NCBI RefSeq assembly: GCF_009834535.1
Contig: NC_045697.1
Location: 104,968,001 to 105,032,000, forward strand
Reading direction: 5' to 3'
Origin: Camelus ferus
Taxonomy: Eukaryota
Length of the DNA: 64,000 bases
Under the pieces are notes generated by a model. It had not been told where the DNA came from, did not search any database, and saw only the letters and a list, made by a program, of their open reading frames with translations. Of this stretch, positions 13,590-25,260 are shown in pieces. Position numbers and translations under genes: made by a program. Within the stretch, counting starts at the first letter, position 1. Each line of letters opens with the position of its first letter.

Positions 13590-14270
13590 CAAAAATTTCT
13601 TTTGAAAAATTTCAGGCTCACAGAAAAGTTGCAACAGCAGTACAATAAACATTTGTATACCCTGTGAGGTGTAATTATTATTACTCTTGTTGAACCATTT
13701 GAGACTGAGTTCCCTTACATCATGACCCCTCATTTCTAAAGACGTCAACATGTGTCTTAAAAAACAAGGACAAATTCGGAAAGTTTGACATGGACACTAT
13801 ATTGTTATCTAATATATTGTGTTTCTAAGTGTGACCATAGTCCAGTGTGCTGACACAAATTGGGAATTTGCTAGAAGTGAGAATTTGGGACCCCACCTCA
13901 GACCTGATGAATCAGAACCTGCGTTTTCACAGCCCTCCAAGGGACTTGTACCCTCATCGGTATTTGAGAGGCACTAATCTAATGGGTAATCCGTATTCAT
14001 ACTTCGCCAGTCCTCAAACGATACCTATTCTAGAAAAATGTCCCCCAGTGCAGGAGCCGATCCAGGGTCATGCATTGTATTTAATGATTGTCACATCTCT
14101 TTAAGTGTCCTTTAATTTGGATGGAATTCACTTCTCCATCTTTGTTTTTTTTTCTGATACTGGTACTTTTAAAGCATACAGGCCAGTTGTTTTGCAAAAC
14201 GGTCTGAAATTTGGCTTTTCATGATTAGGTCTAGGTGTTGTATTTTGGGGCGGTAGGTGAATGATGTTGA
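13590..14270 (-). mobile_element. Old L1 (L1MC-like) 3' remnant with nested MER5A-like element (~13818-13975)
   Basis: ttgaaaaatttcaggctcacagaaaagttgcaa, aaccatttgaga, caggccagttgttttgca. Nested gaccccacctcagacctgatgaatcagaa...tttgagaggcact is typical of MER5. Confidence 0.65.
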
Positions 14271-14289
14271 TTCTTCAAAGTCCATCAGC

Positions 14290-14643
14290 TGGGAGGTCTA
14301 GAATGGCAGGGGTCTGGAACCCCACTGGAGGCTTCCAAACTCACATCTGATGCCTGGACTGGGAGGCTGGGGTCCTCCGGAGCTGTCGAGCAGAGCCACA
14401 CACACAGGCCCCTTCCTCTGGCTTGGGCTTCCCCACAGTACGTGGCAGCCTCAGGGCTCTGAGTGAGGGCTCCAGCCAGCCTGGCAGAGACTGGAAGGCT
14501 GTTTGTGATCTAGCATCACTAACACATATGCTGTTGATTGATTTAGTCGGGGACCTGCCCAGATTCAAGGGGAGGGGGCATAGACACCACTCCTGGCTGG
14601 GAAGAATGTCGAAGAATCTGTAGCCATGTTTTAAAACTGCTAC
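14290..14643 (-). mobile_element. Old MaLR LTR fragment (MLT1J/K-like)
   Basis: gcccagattcaaggggagggggcatagacaccactcctggctgggaag...gtagccatgttttaaaactgctac. Confidence 0.6.
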
Positions 14644-15350
14644 GGGTGGTGACTACCAGATTTCTCAATTGCAAATGTACCTATCTCTTTGTAATTGATG
14701 GTGATCCAGTAGGAGATACCCTGAGAATATTGAAGAATTTGTTCTTCAGCAGACTTTTACCCTTTAATGTTAGTGTTCATTACTGGCTCCTCCACATTTA
14801 GGTATTGAGATTTAAATTACGCATACATTTTAAACATGGTGTGCTCCTCTCCCAGTAAATAAACGTAACATGATAAATGTAACATAAACATGAAAGCAGT
14901 GTTGGAATCTTGAAGTCATTTGTGACAAAGATAAGCATGCATGACCCAATTTGACGGGTACTAAACATTTTATACTAATGTAAGTGCCAAACACTTGCTT
15001 ATTGGAATGTCAACAGCAATACGGGTGAAGGGGGTTCCGCTCACCTCGGGGTGTGACTCTACGGCTGTTTTATCCTGTTGTCTCTCCTTCCAGTTAACGT
15101 ATCATTGCATTGCACTGCCCCTCATGACTGGAAACGTTTGTGTCAAAGCTGGTCCCAAGAAAAGGGAGATCAGCTGAGGGAAATATTTCTTCTTGCACTT
15201 CCAGCACAGCCACTAATAACGGAGAGTGAGCAAGCTCCCAGCTGAGGTGGAATCCAGGCATCTTAATAAGCATTAACCTTTCTAGACTCTCCTCTTAAGG
15301 TGCAGGAAATTGGTCCAGATAATGCTTTCATCATATCTTAAGATTTATAT

Positions 15351-15453
15351 GGGGGAGGGTATAGCTCAGTGGTAGAGTTTGTGCTTAGCTTGCATGAGGT
15401 CCTGGGTTCAACCCCCAGTACCACCATTAAAAAACAAAACAAAGCAAAAAAAA
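15351..15453 (+). mobile_element. tRNA-derived camelid SINE (Vic-1-like), short form
   Basis: gggggagggtatagctcagtggtagag...gaggtcctgggttcaacccccagtacc plus an A-rich tail. Confidence 0.9.
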
Positions 15454-18400
15454 TGCTTATGAAAACGAATTGTCCGTGTGCGCTGAGAGGCTAGTAGCGG
15501 GCTTTGGGGCTCTAGTATACGTGACCTTCATTTACCTTGAGTTGGTGAAGATGAGGGTCTAAACATTGGAAGCCGTTTGGAATGTTCTTAAAATTGTACA
15601 TGAATATTTCCTAAACCCCTAATTAGAAACATTTCAACTGGGAGGTAAAATCTAGCTGTGTCCTAATGTGTTTAGAAATCGAATATTGCCCAGAGCTTAT
15701 TCTTAACAGATGCATATAGCACAGGTCACCTCTCAAGTATGTAGAGGCTGAATACTGGGAAATTCTAGGAACTTGAGGTCCACATACAGTTGTCCTGATG
15801 TATTGGCTTCTTTAAAGTGAGACATATGTTGCATGGAAAGAAAAAAAAACCCTATTGCATAGTCATCAACATTTTAACAGAAATGTTTCTGTGTGTGGAA
15901 TGATGGGTGGTTTCTATCGTCTTTGAAGAGGTTTTGTGTGTGTGTGTGTACTAGAATTTCAGCGAGGAATGTAATGTGTATTACTTATCACTTTCGTAGC
16001 ATGAATAAATTGTAATTTGAAAAAAAGGTTATTATTAAAAAATGGAAACCAAACTATTCCCATAAATTTTAGGAGCAGTGATTAAACATGAAGGCTGAAA
16101 CCGCTCCCCACACCTCCCGTGCAGCTTGTTATAAAGTATCATCATGGACCACCTTCAAAACATGGTTTTGCTTTAAGGCATTTTATTGTTATGAGAGCTA
16201 AAATAGGGGGGAAAAAAAGATGTGTTGCATTATCTCTTAAATATGTAGGCCATGCCTGGGGGCGTTCATACTTGGAAAAAGATTTCAGATGCTTCTGATA
16301 AATATCATATGCATGTCTTCAGGAGATGTTTTCTTCACTGATTAACATTCACACATTTCCTTTTGTAGAATGAACACGTCCAGGGCTTATTGTCCCGCCC
16401 CCCAGGGAAATGGTCACTCCCGCCTACCCAAATGACTAGGGGGTCATAGCTTATATTCCAAAAGGAAAAGGGTCATTCACCTTGAAAGTTTCATAAGATG
16501 ATGGGTCAGTTCTAAACAGGTTTACTTACCTTCACTTTAAAGACCCACAGGTCACACTGAGCGAGGGGCCTGCTCTCTGTCGCGGCCGGAGCTAGCCCTG
16601 GGTGGGGAGGCCTCTCCTTGCGGGTGCCCAGGCCTTTGGGGGCTGCGAACACTGCGCTTCCTGGGTTCTCATCCTCTCTGCTGCCGTCGGCAGGCTTACG
16701 TCCTGGAGAGATGAAGGCTGACAGAGAGGAAAAAGAACCTCTGGAGAAGTGGTACACCTAAATTGAAGGAGGAGGAAGGGGAAAGCAAAGGAACATGTAA
16801 GGAGGATGCCTTGTCGCTGATGCAGAGTATCTATATTTCTTAAATGTTATTCTGGGCTTTTATTGCAGAATTATACACTTTCTGTTTGTACGTGAACAAA
16901 GGACACATTGGAAGAGAAATTCTCGGTATGCGTTGGCTTTCTATTCAGTTAAGGATATTTGTAGACACTTGGGTTGTGAAAGGCAAGTTGCAGCTGTGTT
17001 TGGAACGTGTTTTCTGACTTTGGGGAGTGTGCACTTGCGTTTCCCAAATGTTTGCAGGTGCAAATTGATAAAAATGCACCTGGAGTGTTTTTAAAGGTTT
17101 GTAAACCAGAAAACAACATTTTATAACTGGGAATGTATGTTTGCACCATGACTACCAGAGCAGTGCAGCTTTGGCTTGATCAGGAGAGGTTCCCCTCATG
17201 AACTGACTCGGGGGAACATTATTTAGTGGGCATGTGCAAATTTCTTTAATGCCTCTTGGTTCCAATATGTTATCAAAGTTATCACAATTCTTATTTTTAA
17301 TTATTATTATTAATACCTCTGTTGGTCTCTGTTAAACACTATGAAGACCAGGTCACTGGTGTTGCATCCACAGTTTATTCACTGAAAATGCCTGTGAATT
17401 GGGGAAGGTAGTTCTGGGGTGTGTTCCATTTTGTAAATTCTAGTTGATAAAGGTTGTCATCTACTGAAGTCTTGCAGTCAAAATGTGAAGTCAGTCATAT
17501 AGTCCTCTGTTTAGGGCACAGAGTACTGCAGGAATCGGTGTGGTACAGATCCCGTTAGGACTTGGGAAGAGGTCTGAAAATGTCTCCAAAAATTTAAACT
17601 GAAACCTTAGAAAGAAAAAGAAAAACAGAAACTCTACCAATTTAATAACATCCTCAAAACATACTTTTGGCTTTTCTTCTTTTGTTTGTTTGTAAACCAA
17701 AATTGAAGTTGTTTTCAAAAAGCTCGTGGTAAGTCAGGGCTGCTGTCAAAGCCGGCGCCTGCGGGCTGGGTGACCACCAGGCTGGCGATGTCTCCGGCCC
17801 CTCCCTTCCTCCTCTCATGAACAAGGAGGGCCTCCTCTTGTTCAGCTGGGAGATACAGGGGCTGGGCTCAGCGATACCCAGGAGGCCCTTCAGCTCTGAG
17901 ATTCTGAGTTTGAATGAACCAGAACAAACACGCGGCCTCATCTGGCCCAGACCCAACTGCTATCTCTCTGTCAGTCCTGGTTATCAGTCCTAGTTGAATT
18001 TCCTGTAAAAGGACCTTACTCAGTCCTGGGCTGAGTGCTGGCTCAAGGACGCGTGGCTGGAACGTCTTCAGAGCACACCACAGCCAAACTCTGAATTCAT
18101 GTCGTAGACGGATGATGGTCCGGGCTGCCTCTTGGAGTCGGGCAGCCCCAAGGTAACGAACGTCTGTCTAAACACATTGTAGACTCTGAAGCTGAAAGAA
18201 ATATTTGGCCATCTTGTAGTTATGTATTTTAGAAAGGGATTTAGAAATTTTACTTTGTGCCTCCTTTCTATGTGACAGGTTTACTGAGGAGAGTACGCAT
18301 TGATTTCCCGCTGTCTCCGGTCACACCCCTGTTTAGGGGTGGACATAGTTATGTGAGACATGACATCACCCAAGCTGACACAGTATGAACGGGGCTTAAC

Positions 18401-19531
18401 ATGACCGGGTTACGTTGGAGGCGACAGGGCAGACATTGTGTCCAAGACACGCGTGCCGGAATCAGGACGTCTGGGTTCACATCTCTGTTAAGTCAGGCAC
18501 TTGGCGTAACGTTGGGCATGTTGCAAGTACCCAGTAGTGGAGACTGTTTGTATTCGAGATGGTAGGAATCCACAGGCCTGTTAGTCATCTTCCTGTCCCA
18601 ATAAAGACCCCCGAACTCTGCGTTAGAAACCTCTTTTTAAAAGTTACCTCATCCCCCTTAATTTCCTTTATGCAAAGTATTTATTAACTCAGCTGAACCA
18701 AATGCTGACGGTTTGCGGTGGGTATTAAAGTAAAAGTTGCAGAGGCCTTGCTTATTTCCTGTTCTCTGCAAGGTATTTCCGGCAGAGGTGGCCCAGTCAT
18801 TTCCGCACGTGGCCCCCCGGGAGCAGCATGACGGGCTTGGAGAGATATTCACATGGACGGCTGCGTCCCGCGGGCATAAACATCCAGTGTGCTGAGTCTG
18901 AGGAGTCTGCGACTCTGAGCGGCAGTGCCAGACTTCTGTTTGTGCTCACACCCTTCAGAGACCTGAATAAGCCTTCCTTCCCTGACACGCCTACGCGTGG
19001 AGTTTTGTTTTTTGTCAGTGGATCGTCTGCTCTGAGTTTTCCTTCTGTTACACTTCCACCGTAGGTGCAGTGAAGAAATTTTTGACCCGGAAAAAAAAAA
19101 AAGTTTTGAGTAAACTTAATCTTTTGCTTTGCTTCAGATGAGTTTACCTGCCCCAGAACAAAGGTGACAGGATGGAAGGGAGTTGAGAGAGTCACACAAT
19201 TTTGGAAAGAGACCCGGGTGGTAGGGGAGTTTGCATCCAGGCCATGGCTCTAGAATTGGACAATCAATGTCAGATTTAAAGAGGATGCACATCTTGGCTA
19301 CACAAAACAAGAGAAGCTAAATTTTAACTTCTCAAGTCAGATTGCCAAAAAGCAGGACAACATGTTAAAGTAAATAAAATTGACTGTTTCTTCCTCTTCT
19401 GAATGTAAAAAGAATGTCTTTCTGATGTTTCAGAGGGAACCATGAGAGCATAGCTTTGTAGCTTAAAAAGAAAAAAAACTGAGGCTAGTGCAGTGATGAG
19501 ATAAAATGCACTTTAAATGTGATGCATTCTT

Positions 19532-19698
19532 GGGGGGAGGGTATAGCTCAAGTGGTAGAGCGCATGCTTAGCATGCATGAGGTCCTGGGTTCAGTCCCCA
19601 GTACCTCGTCTAAAAATAAATAAATCTAATTACCTCCCCACATATAAAATAATTAAATAATGCAATAATAAAAAAAATAAAAAAACATTTAAAAAAAA
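19532..19698 (+). mobile_element. tRNA-derived camelid SINE (Vic-1-like), long form
   Basis: ggggggagggtatagctcaagtggtagagcgcatgcttagcatgcatgaggtcctgggttcagtcccc, then taattacctcccc and an A-rich tail. TSD gtgatgcattcttg at 19519-19532 and 19699-19712. Confidence 0.93.
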
Positions 19699-19832
19699 GT
19701 GATGCATTCTTGAAACATCTAGGAGAACATAGCACGATGATGGTGAGCCTGTATAGATAATTCTCCAGTTTTATTTTTTCTAAACAGATACAGAACAGTA
19801 TAGTTGGTGATTTTTTTTCCCTTGAGGATTAC

Positions 19833-20190
19833 ATTTTTTTTTATTGAAGTATAGTCAGTTTACACTGCTGTGTCAATTTCTGGTGTACAGCATAATGTTT
19901 CAGTCATATGATACATATGTAAATTCCTTTTTGTATTCTTTTTCATTATGGATTAGTATAAGATATTGAATATAGTTCCCTGTCATATACTGTAGAAACT
20001 TGTTATTTATCTATTTTTATATATAGTAATATCTGCAAATCTCAGACTCCCAATTTATCCCTTCCCCCACTGGTAGCCATAAGAGAAAGAAAAATACCAC
20101 ATGATATCGCTTATGTGTGGAATCTGAAGAAAAGACACAAATGGACTCATTTACAGAACAGAAACGGACCCACAGACATAGAAAGCAAAT
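19833..20190 (-). mobile_element. Young L1 3' end with a 5' inversion (twin-priming structure)
   Basis: 19833-20083 is a minus-strand 3' end ending ...ccccactggtagccataag. 20084-20190 is upstream 3' UTR in + orientation (agaaagaaaaataccacatgatatcgcttatgtgtggaatct...acagacatagaaagcaaa). Confidence 0.85.
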
Positions 20191-21280
20191 TTTATTTGTT
20201 TTTTAAAGTGGCTTTGGAATCAGAGTTGAGAGTTAGGGTACCAACTGTACCATTTTCAAATGGTGGCGACTTGGGCTAATTGTTCAGTCTTTGCACTTGT
20301 ATCGTTTTAAAATGTGGGGAACAATTCTTACCTCAAAAGTTTTTGAGAATATTGAAGTGCTTCAGAGAAAGCCTACCACCTAGTAGGTGTTTATGAAATG
20401 TTAAATGTATTCAATGAGAGAGAAAGTAATTTAAATCTCAAATTTCAGTGCTGAAATGCAGAAGTAGACACACAAAACAATTGTGTGATTCTAGGTGACT
20501 TGGGAGTTTTGATAAGAGGCTCTATTTATTGCATCCCTGTAGCCCATTGTTTGGTGAGCTTTTCCACAGACACTTTCAATTAACTAAACACTAAATCTGA
20601 GGAATGTTCCAGGCCACCAAGAAATTAGTGACCTCTCAAAATGGTGGTTGAGTGGAGTAATAAGGGGTCTGCATCCATTTTTATTATTATTTACTGGATG
20701 TGATCATACTACAAATGCAGTAGCTACCATTTATTTCTGGTTATTATGTGCTAAGGATTATGCCAAACACTGCATACATACTGCCTCATTTACTTGTTGG
20801 AGTAACTTGAGATGTACGTATTATCGTCCTCATTTGAATGAGAAAACGAGATACAGTATTTTTACTGTATCTAAGCCTCCCTCATCGAGAAGACTCAAAA
20901 GCCAGGATAGTGTCTTCTCAAGCAGCTTCTGTGCTTTGGAACCGCCTGATCTGGAAGGTAGGTTAGCTCTTTGAAATGCTAATACAGCATAGGGCGTGTT
21001 AAGGGGATGGTTGGTCTTTAGAGTCTTTGAAGCATTTTATGCCTTATTAGGGCTCTTTGGACGCTCCACTTGACTGCATGATGTCCAGTGCCCCATTTTT
21101 CTGAAATAATCTTTCTGGTGTTTTGATCTATACTTTGGTCCAGCCAAGACAAAGACAGAATGCTGTGGAATGACTGACTAGATCGGGGTTTCTCAGCCTT
21201 GAGCACACAAAAGAACCACCCGGGGAGCTTTAAACTTCAAGCTGAAGCCCAGTCCCCATGCCCAGATATCCTCCCTCCCC

Positions 21281-21780
21281 TAGTTTTATTGAGAAGTGAT
21301 TGACACGTAATATTGTATTAGTTTAAGATGTCCAACATAATGGTTTGCTAGATGTGTATATTGCAAAAGATTGCCACAATAAGTTTAGTTACCATCCGTC
21401 ACCCTCACAGAGTCACAATTTATTTTTCTTATGAGGACGATTTTTAAGATGTACTCTGTTAGCAGCTTTCAAATATATAATGCAGCACTGTTAACTACGG
21501 TCACCATGCTGGACACTACATCCCCAGAACTTACTTATCTTATAGCTAGAAGAAGTTTGTATATTTTGACCACCTTCCCCCATTACCCGAGCCGCCCCTA
21601 GCAACCACCAGTCTGTTCTGTTTCTATGATTTTTTTTTTATTATTATTCCACATATAAATGGGATCATGAAGTCTTGTCTTTGTCTGGCTTAGTCCATGG
21701 AACACAGCGCCGTCAGGGTTCATCCGTGTTGTTGCAAACAGCAGGACTTTCTTCTTCCTTCTGGCTGAATAGTACTCTCC
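21281..21780 (-). mobile_element. L1 (L1MA-like) 3' end, preceded by a MER5-like fragment (~21185-21270)
   Basis: ttttattgag...attgtattagtttaagatgtccaacataatg...ttaactacggtcaccatgct...ttcatccgtgttgttgcaaa...ggctgaatagtactc. Confidence 0.75.
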
Positions 21781-22715
21781 TAGGCACTCTGATGTGAACT
21801 GAACAATGGCCTAGGTCTTCCTGGGACTCCTGTAGGCCCAACTCTGGGGTGCCTCTGATCAGTCCCCAAGGAACATAGGAGCCACACTCCTGACTCCCAT
21901 TGTGCTTGGTTGTCTGGCTCTGCAGCCGGGGGCTGCTGCCACACCCTGCTCCTGTCCCCCTCACCCCGAGTGGTGGTGCTGGTGGAGGGGGAGGGTTGGG
22001 GGAAATGATTGGCAGCGTTTGCATCAGTCCAGTTTGTGTGATCTTTGCTCAGAGGGGTATCAGCTATCCAGGGCCGGTACTTAGGATATAATTTTTCCAC
22101 AGCTAGTTTAAGCTTTGGGTGTCCTCACTCTGTATATTGTTCGGTTTCCTATTCCAGTATCGTTCCAGAGGCCTGTACTATATTTGTAAAGATCAAACGT
22201 AAGTAAGTCTACGAGCCATTCCCAGTGTGGGTCACACACACGTGCTAGTTTCTTTCCATGGAATTAAATTTTCCCATCTTTTCTTTTTTTCATCACTGTC
22301 ATCCTCTTCTCAGCCTGACTACTCTCCTGTGCCCACCGCTCCACAACCTTCTGTAATGTGAACAATGACAGATGGCAATAAATCCAGCTGTGGATGATAG
22401 TCTAGACGGCAGAGGATTTTTTAAGGCAGAGAAGTCGTTTGCTGTTTGCTGGAGTGCCCTCTTGGAACCCAGAGTCTGTGGAAATATGGGAAGAGCAGGT
22501 TACCAGCTGGAGCACTAAAGTAAATTTTCACTAGCAAATATTTGTCTGCAGTAATTTAAACCATTTTTAAATTCTGTTTCCACATGAGGGGGCAGTATGG
22601 TACTATAAAGGAAATGCTCTGTTGAAGTTGTTTATTTTTATTATGGTATATGGTAGTTTCTACATGAGGACTTTTAGGCTGTGATTCTAATTCTGACCAG
22701 TTGGTTAGTTATTAA

Positions 22716-22839
22716 TTTTTTTTGAGTGGGAAGGTAATTGGGTTTATTCATTTATTTATGTTTAGAGGAGGTGCTGGGGATTGAACCTAGGACCTTGTGC
22801 ATGCTAAGCATGCACTCTACCACTGAGCTGTACCCCCCC
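22716..22839 (-). mobile_element. tRNA-derived camelid SINE (Vic-1-like)
   Basis: The reverse complement reads gggggggtacagctcagtggtagagtgcatgcttagcatgcacaaggtcctaggttcaatcccc. Degenerate TSD gttggttagttattaa / gttggctacttattaa at 22700-22715 and 22841-22856. Confidence 0.9.
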
Positions 22840-23937
22840 TGTTGGCTACTTATTAAATGTGCTACATGTATGTAAGCAATACCCTCAGTTATATACACAG
22901 GTCACGTGCTTGTTTTTATTCAAATACATAAAGGATAATCTCCTTGAAACAGTGGGACTTTCACACGGTGCCTTTTATTGTGAGTTTTACATTTCAGTTT
23001 TGTTTAATGCTAGCTGGCGCTCTTTCTGCATCCACTGTTAGAACGCCAGCCCTCCGGAGATAGTGTCTGTTACGGTGTTGTCCATATATTTTCTGTTAAC
23101 GACTTTATTGAAGGCTGAAAGGACTCCAGTGTTGTTGGGGAGGGGAGGTTTCTGAACTCAGGTCTTGGCAGCCATGGAAACTCTAAGTCACCTCTGTATG
23201 ACATCCTTCCCTGTGTGGCACAGTTGGCTTTTCTCAAAAGGAAAAAAAAAATTGCTAAGCAAGGAGGCAGCACATTTTAATTCACATTGTCATTGCTGAT
23301 AGAGGAATGACACTATAGATGAGCAAGGTGTTGACATTCTAGGTGTCATAAATGAAGGGGAGATGCTCAAGAGAAGTTGGCGGCCATTAAACAAATGGAT
23401 AAAATCCACAAAGTGTTTTAAGAGAAACGTATGTGGAAATTTGAAAGGTAATTTCATAAGCACAGGCTATTTTTAAACGTGTAAAAAATGTTTGCAGTCG
23501 TATGTTTCTGTTTACGTAGTCTGAAAAAAAATTGAGAATAGCGTTTTGTCATAAATATAACCCTGTGTGACATTTAGTGGGATATTTGTTTTCAGCGTTT
23601 TATCCTTGTTACTTCCTTTATGGATGAAGAGCCGTGATATTGCCTCCATCTGGTGAAGATGATGACGCCTGTTTGGTTTGGGTGTGGGTTTATTTTGAAG
23701 GATAATGATTTGATGTTGCCTTTACTTAATTTTAATGAGAAATTTTATTTTGGAATCTCCTGTTAAAAAAAAAAAAAGACTCATGACTTACACCCCAAAT
23801 GTGAAGGAACGGGTTTTTGGCTCCAGTCCCTTTTGGGTGAACTCCAAATCAAATGTTGTCTGATACTGGTGTATTGTTGAATTACCCAGGTTTCTGCTCA
23901 TGGAAAACAATTAATGTCCTTTGTGTTTTAATGGCAG

Positions 23938-24088
23938 ATTTTTCGGACCTTGCCTGATGCCACATTCCCTGAGCCAGTCTCCCTGTCAGTGTCACCCCCA
24001 AATGCTCCACCAAGGCAATCGAAGAGACAGGGCCAGAGGACTAAGCGACCTGTGGCCGTGTATAATCTTTGTCTTGAGCTGGAAGAGG
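23938..24088 (+). CDS. ARHGAP10: ARHGAP10 internal coding exon (151 nt, phase 0 to phase 1), encodes IFRTLPDATFPEPVSLSVSPPNAPPRQSKRQGQRTKRPVAVYNLCLELEE(G)
   Basis: Acceptor ...ttttaatggcAG|ATT at 23936-37 and donor GAGG|GTAAGA at 24089. The peptide matches my recall of the human ARHGAP10 segment just after the RhoGAP domain (IFRTPPDTTFPEP...SPPNAPPRQSKRQGQRTKRPVAVYNLCLELEDG). It joins the next exon in frame. Confidence 0.96.
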
Positions 24089-25089
24089 GTAAGATGTTAA
24101 TTACATTCTTCTTCTTGATGGTGCGTTGGGAGTGCGGCATAGCCTGCATCCCCAGGGCAGGCCACGGTCTTCCATCCTTTGTGTTTTCATTTCTTTTCCC
24201 CTTAAGATTGTAATTTTGGAGATTAACAGGGAGGGTAAAGCTTTCTTGTCAGGGGAAGAAGGCAAGTTTCAGTTTTGTGTTTGTCTTTGTTATGCATGGT
24301 GCTTTTTTTTTTATTTTGAAAAGACAGCTTAAATTTCTTTTTTGGGAGACTTGTGTGACCTCCTATGAGGTTACATAACCCTGAGACAAACTGGAAGAGA
24401 AACTAAAATTAAAGCAAATCTTTGAGAGAGGAGCAGGTCGAGTCTGATGTGAAATGCATTGGGATCAAAGGCACAGGGCCCCGTGGCACTGAGGTCTGTG
24501 GCTCCTGCACCATACTTGCCCCGTTCCTCCGACTTGCTCTTCAGGCAGGCATCTCACCGTATGGCGGGGTGGCAGGTCGACCACCTTCGGGGGCGAGGAA
24601 GAGTGAACTGGGCTGCGGTGGGACTCTGATAAATGGAAGTCCTCACTCCCTGTCCATGCTGCCCTTTTCCAACTCATGGTCATGTGGCCACCTTCTCTCA
24701 GTATTGCCAAATGGCCTCGTTTTTTACAGAGTGCCTAGAAATTGGAATTGTAAGCTCTGATTCCTACAAAACAAGACTGAGTGCCTTGTCGAGACCACCA
24801 GCTGCCGATGTATAATCATGTGGTTATTGATGTGGAGGGTACCATCTAAGCTGACGAGGTTTTATTGGTTTGGAGGTATGAGATGATTGTCAAAAGGAGG
24901 AAGGAAATGAGGATAGAAATAAATTCAGTGCCTTCATCACAGGCAGCTATATAATCAAAGGTCCACAAAGCTAATACCCAGAGATTCATGCAAGCAAGGG
25001 ACAGCTGTCTTTAACTAATTCTCAGGTCTGTGCAGGAGGGTGCAAATGCCTCTGGTAATGACACTGAGGGCTAAGATGTTCTGATATTC

Positions 25090-25260
25090 TTTTTTTTTCT
25101 TGTGCATACATATATTTATTGAAGTATAGTCAGTTTACAATATTGTGTCAATTTTTGGTGTACAGCATAATGCTTCATCAGACATGAACATACATATATT
25201 CATTTTCATATTGCTTTTCACCATAGTCACTGCAAGATACTGAGTATAGTTCCCTTTGCC
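25090..25260 (-). mobile_element. Short young L1 3' end
   Basis: tttattgaagtatagtcagtttacaatattgtgtc...gtatagttccct; flanks g(a/g)tattcttt resemble a TSD. Confidence 0.85.

Noticed and set aside
15351..15425. tRNA-like sequences here and in five similar copies
   Set aside because: They have A/B boxes but carry SINE tails and TSDs and lack a proper acceptor stem, so they are SINE heads rather than tRNA genes.
17188..17217. Short hairpin gttcccc...ggggaac
   Set aside because: The stem is only about 7-8 bp, too short for a miRNA or other structured RNA call.
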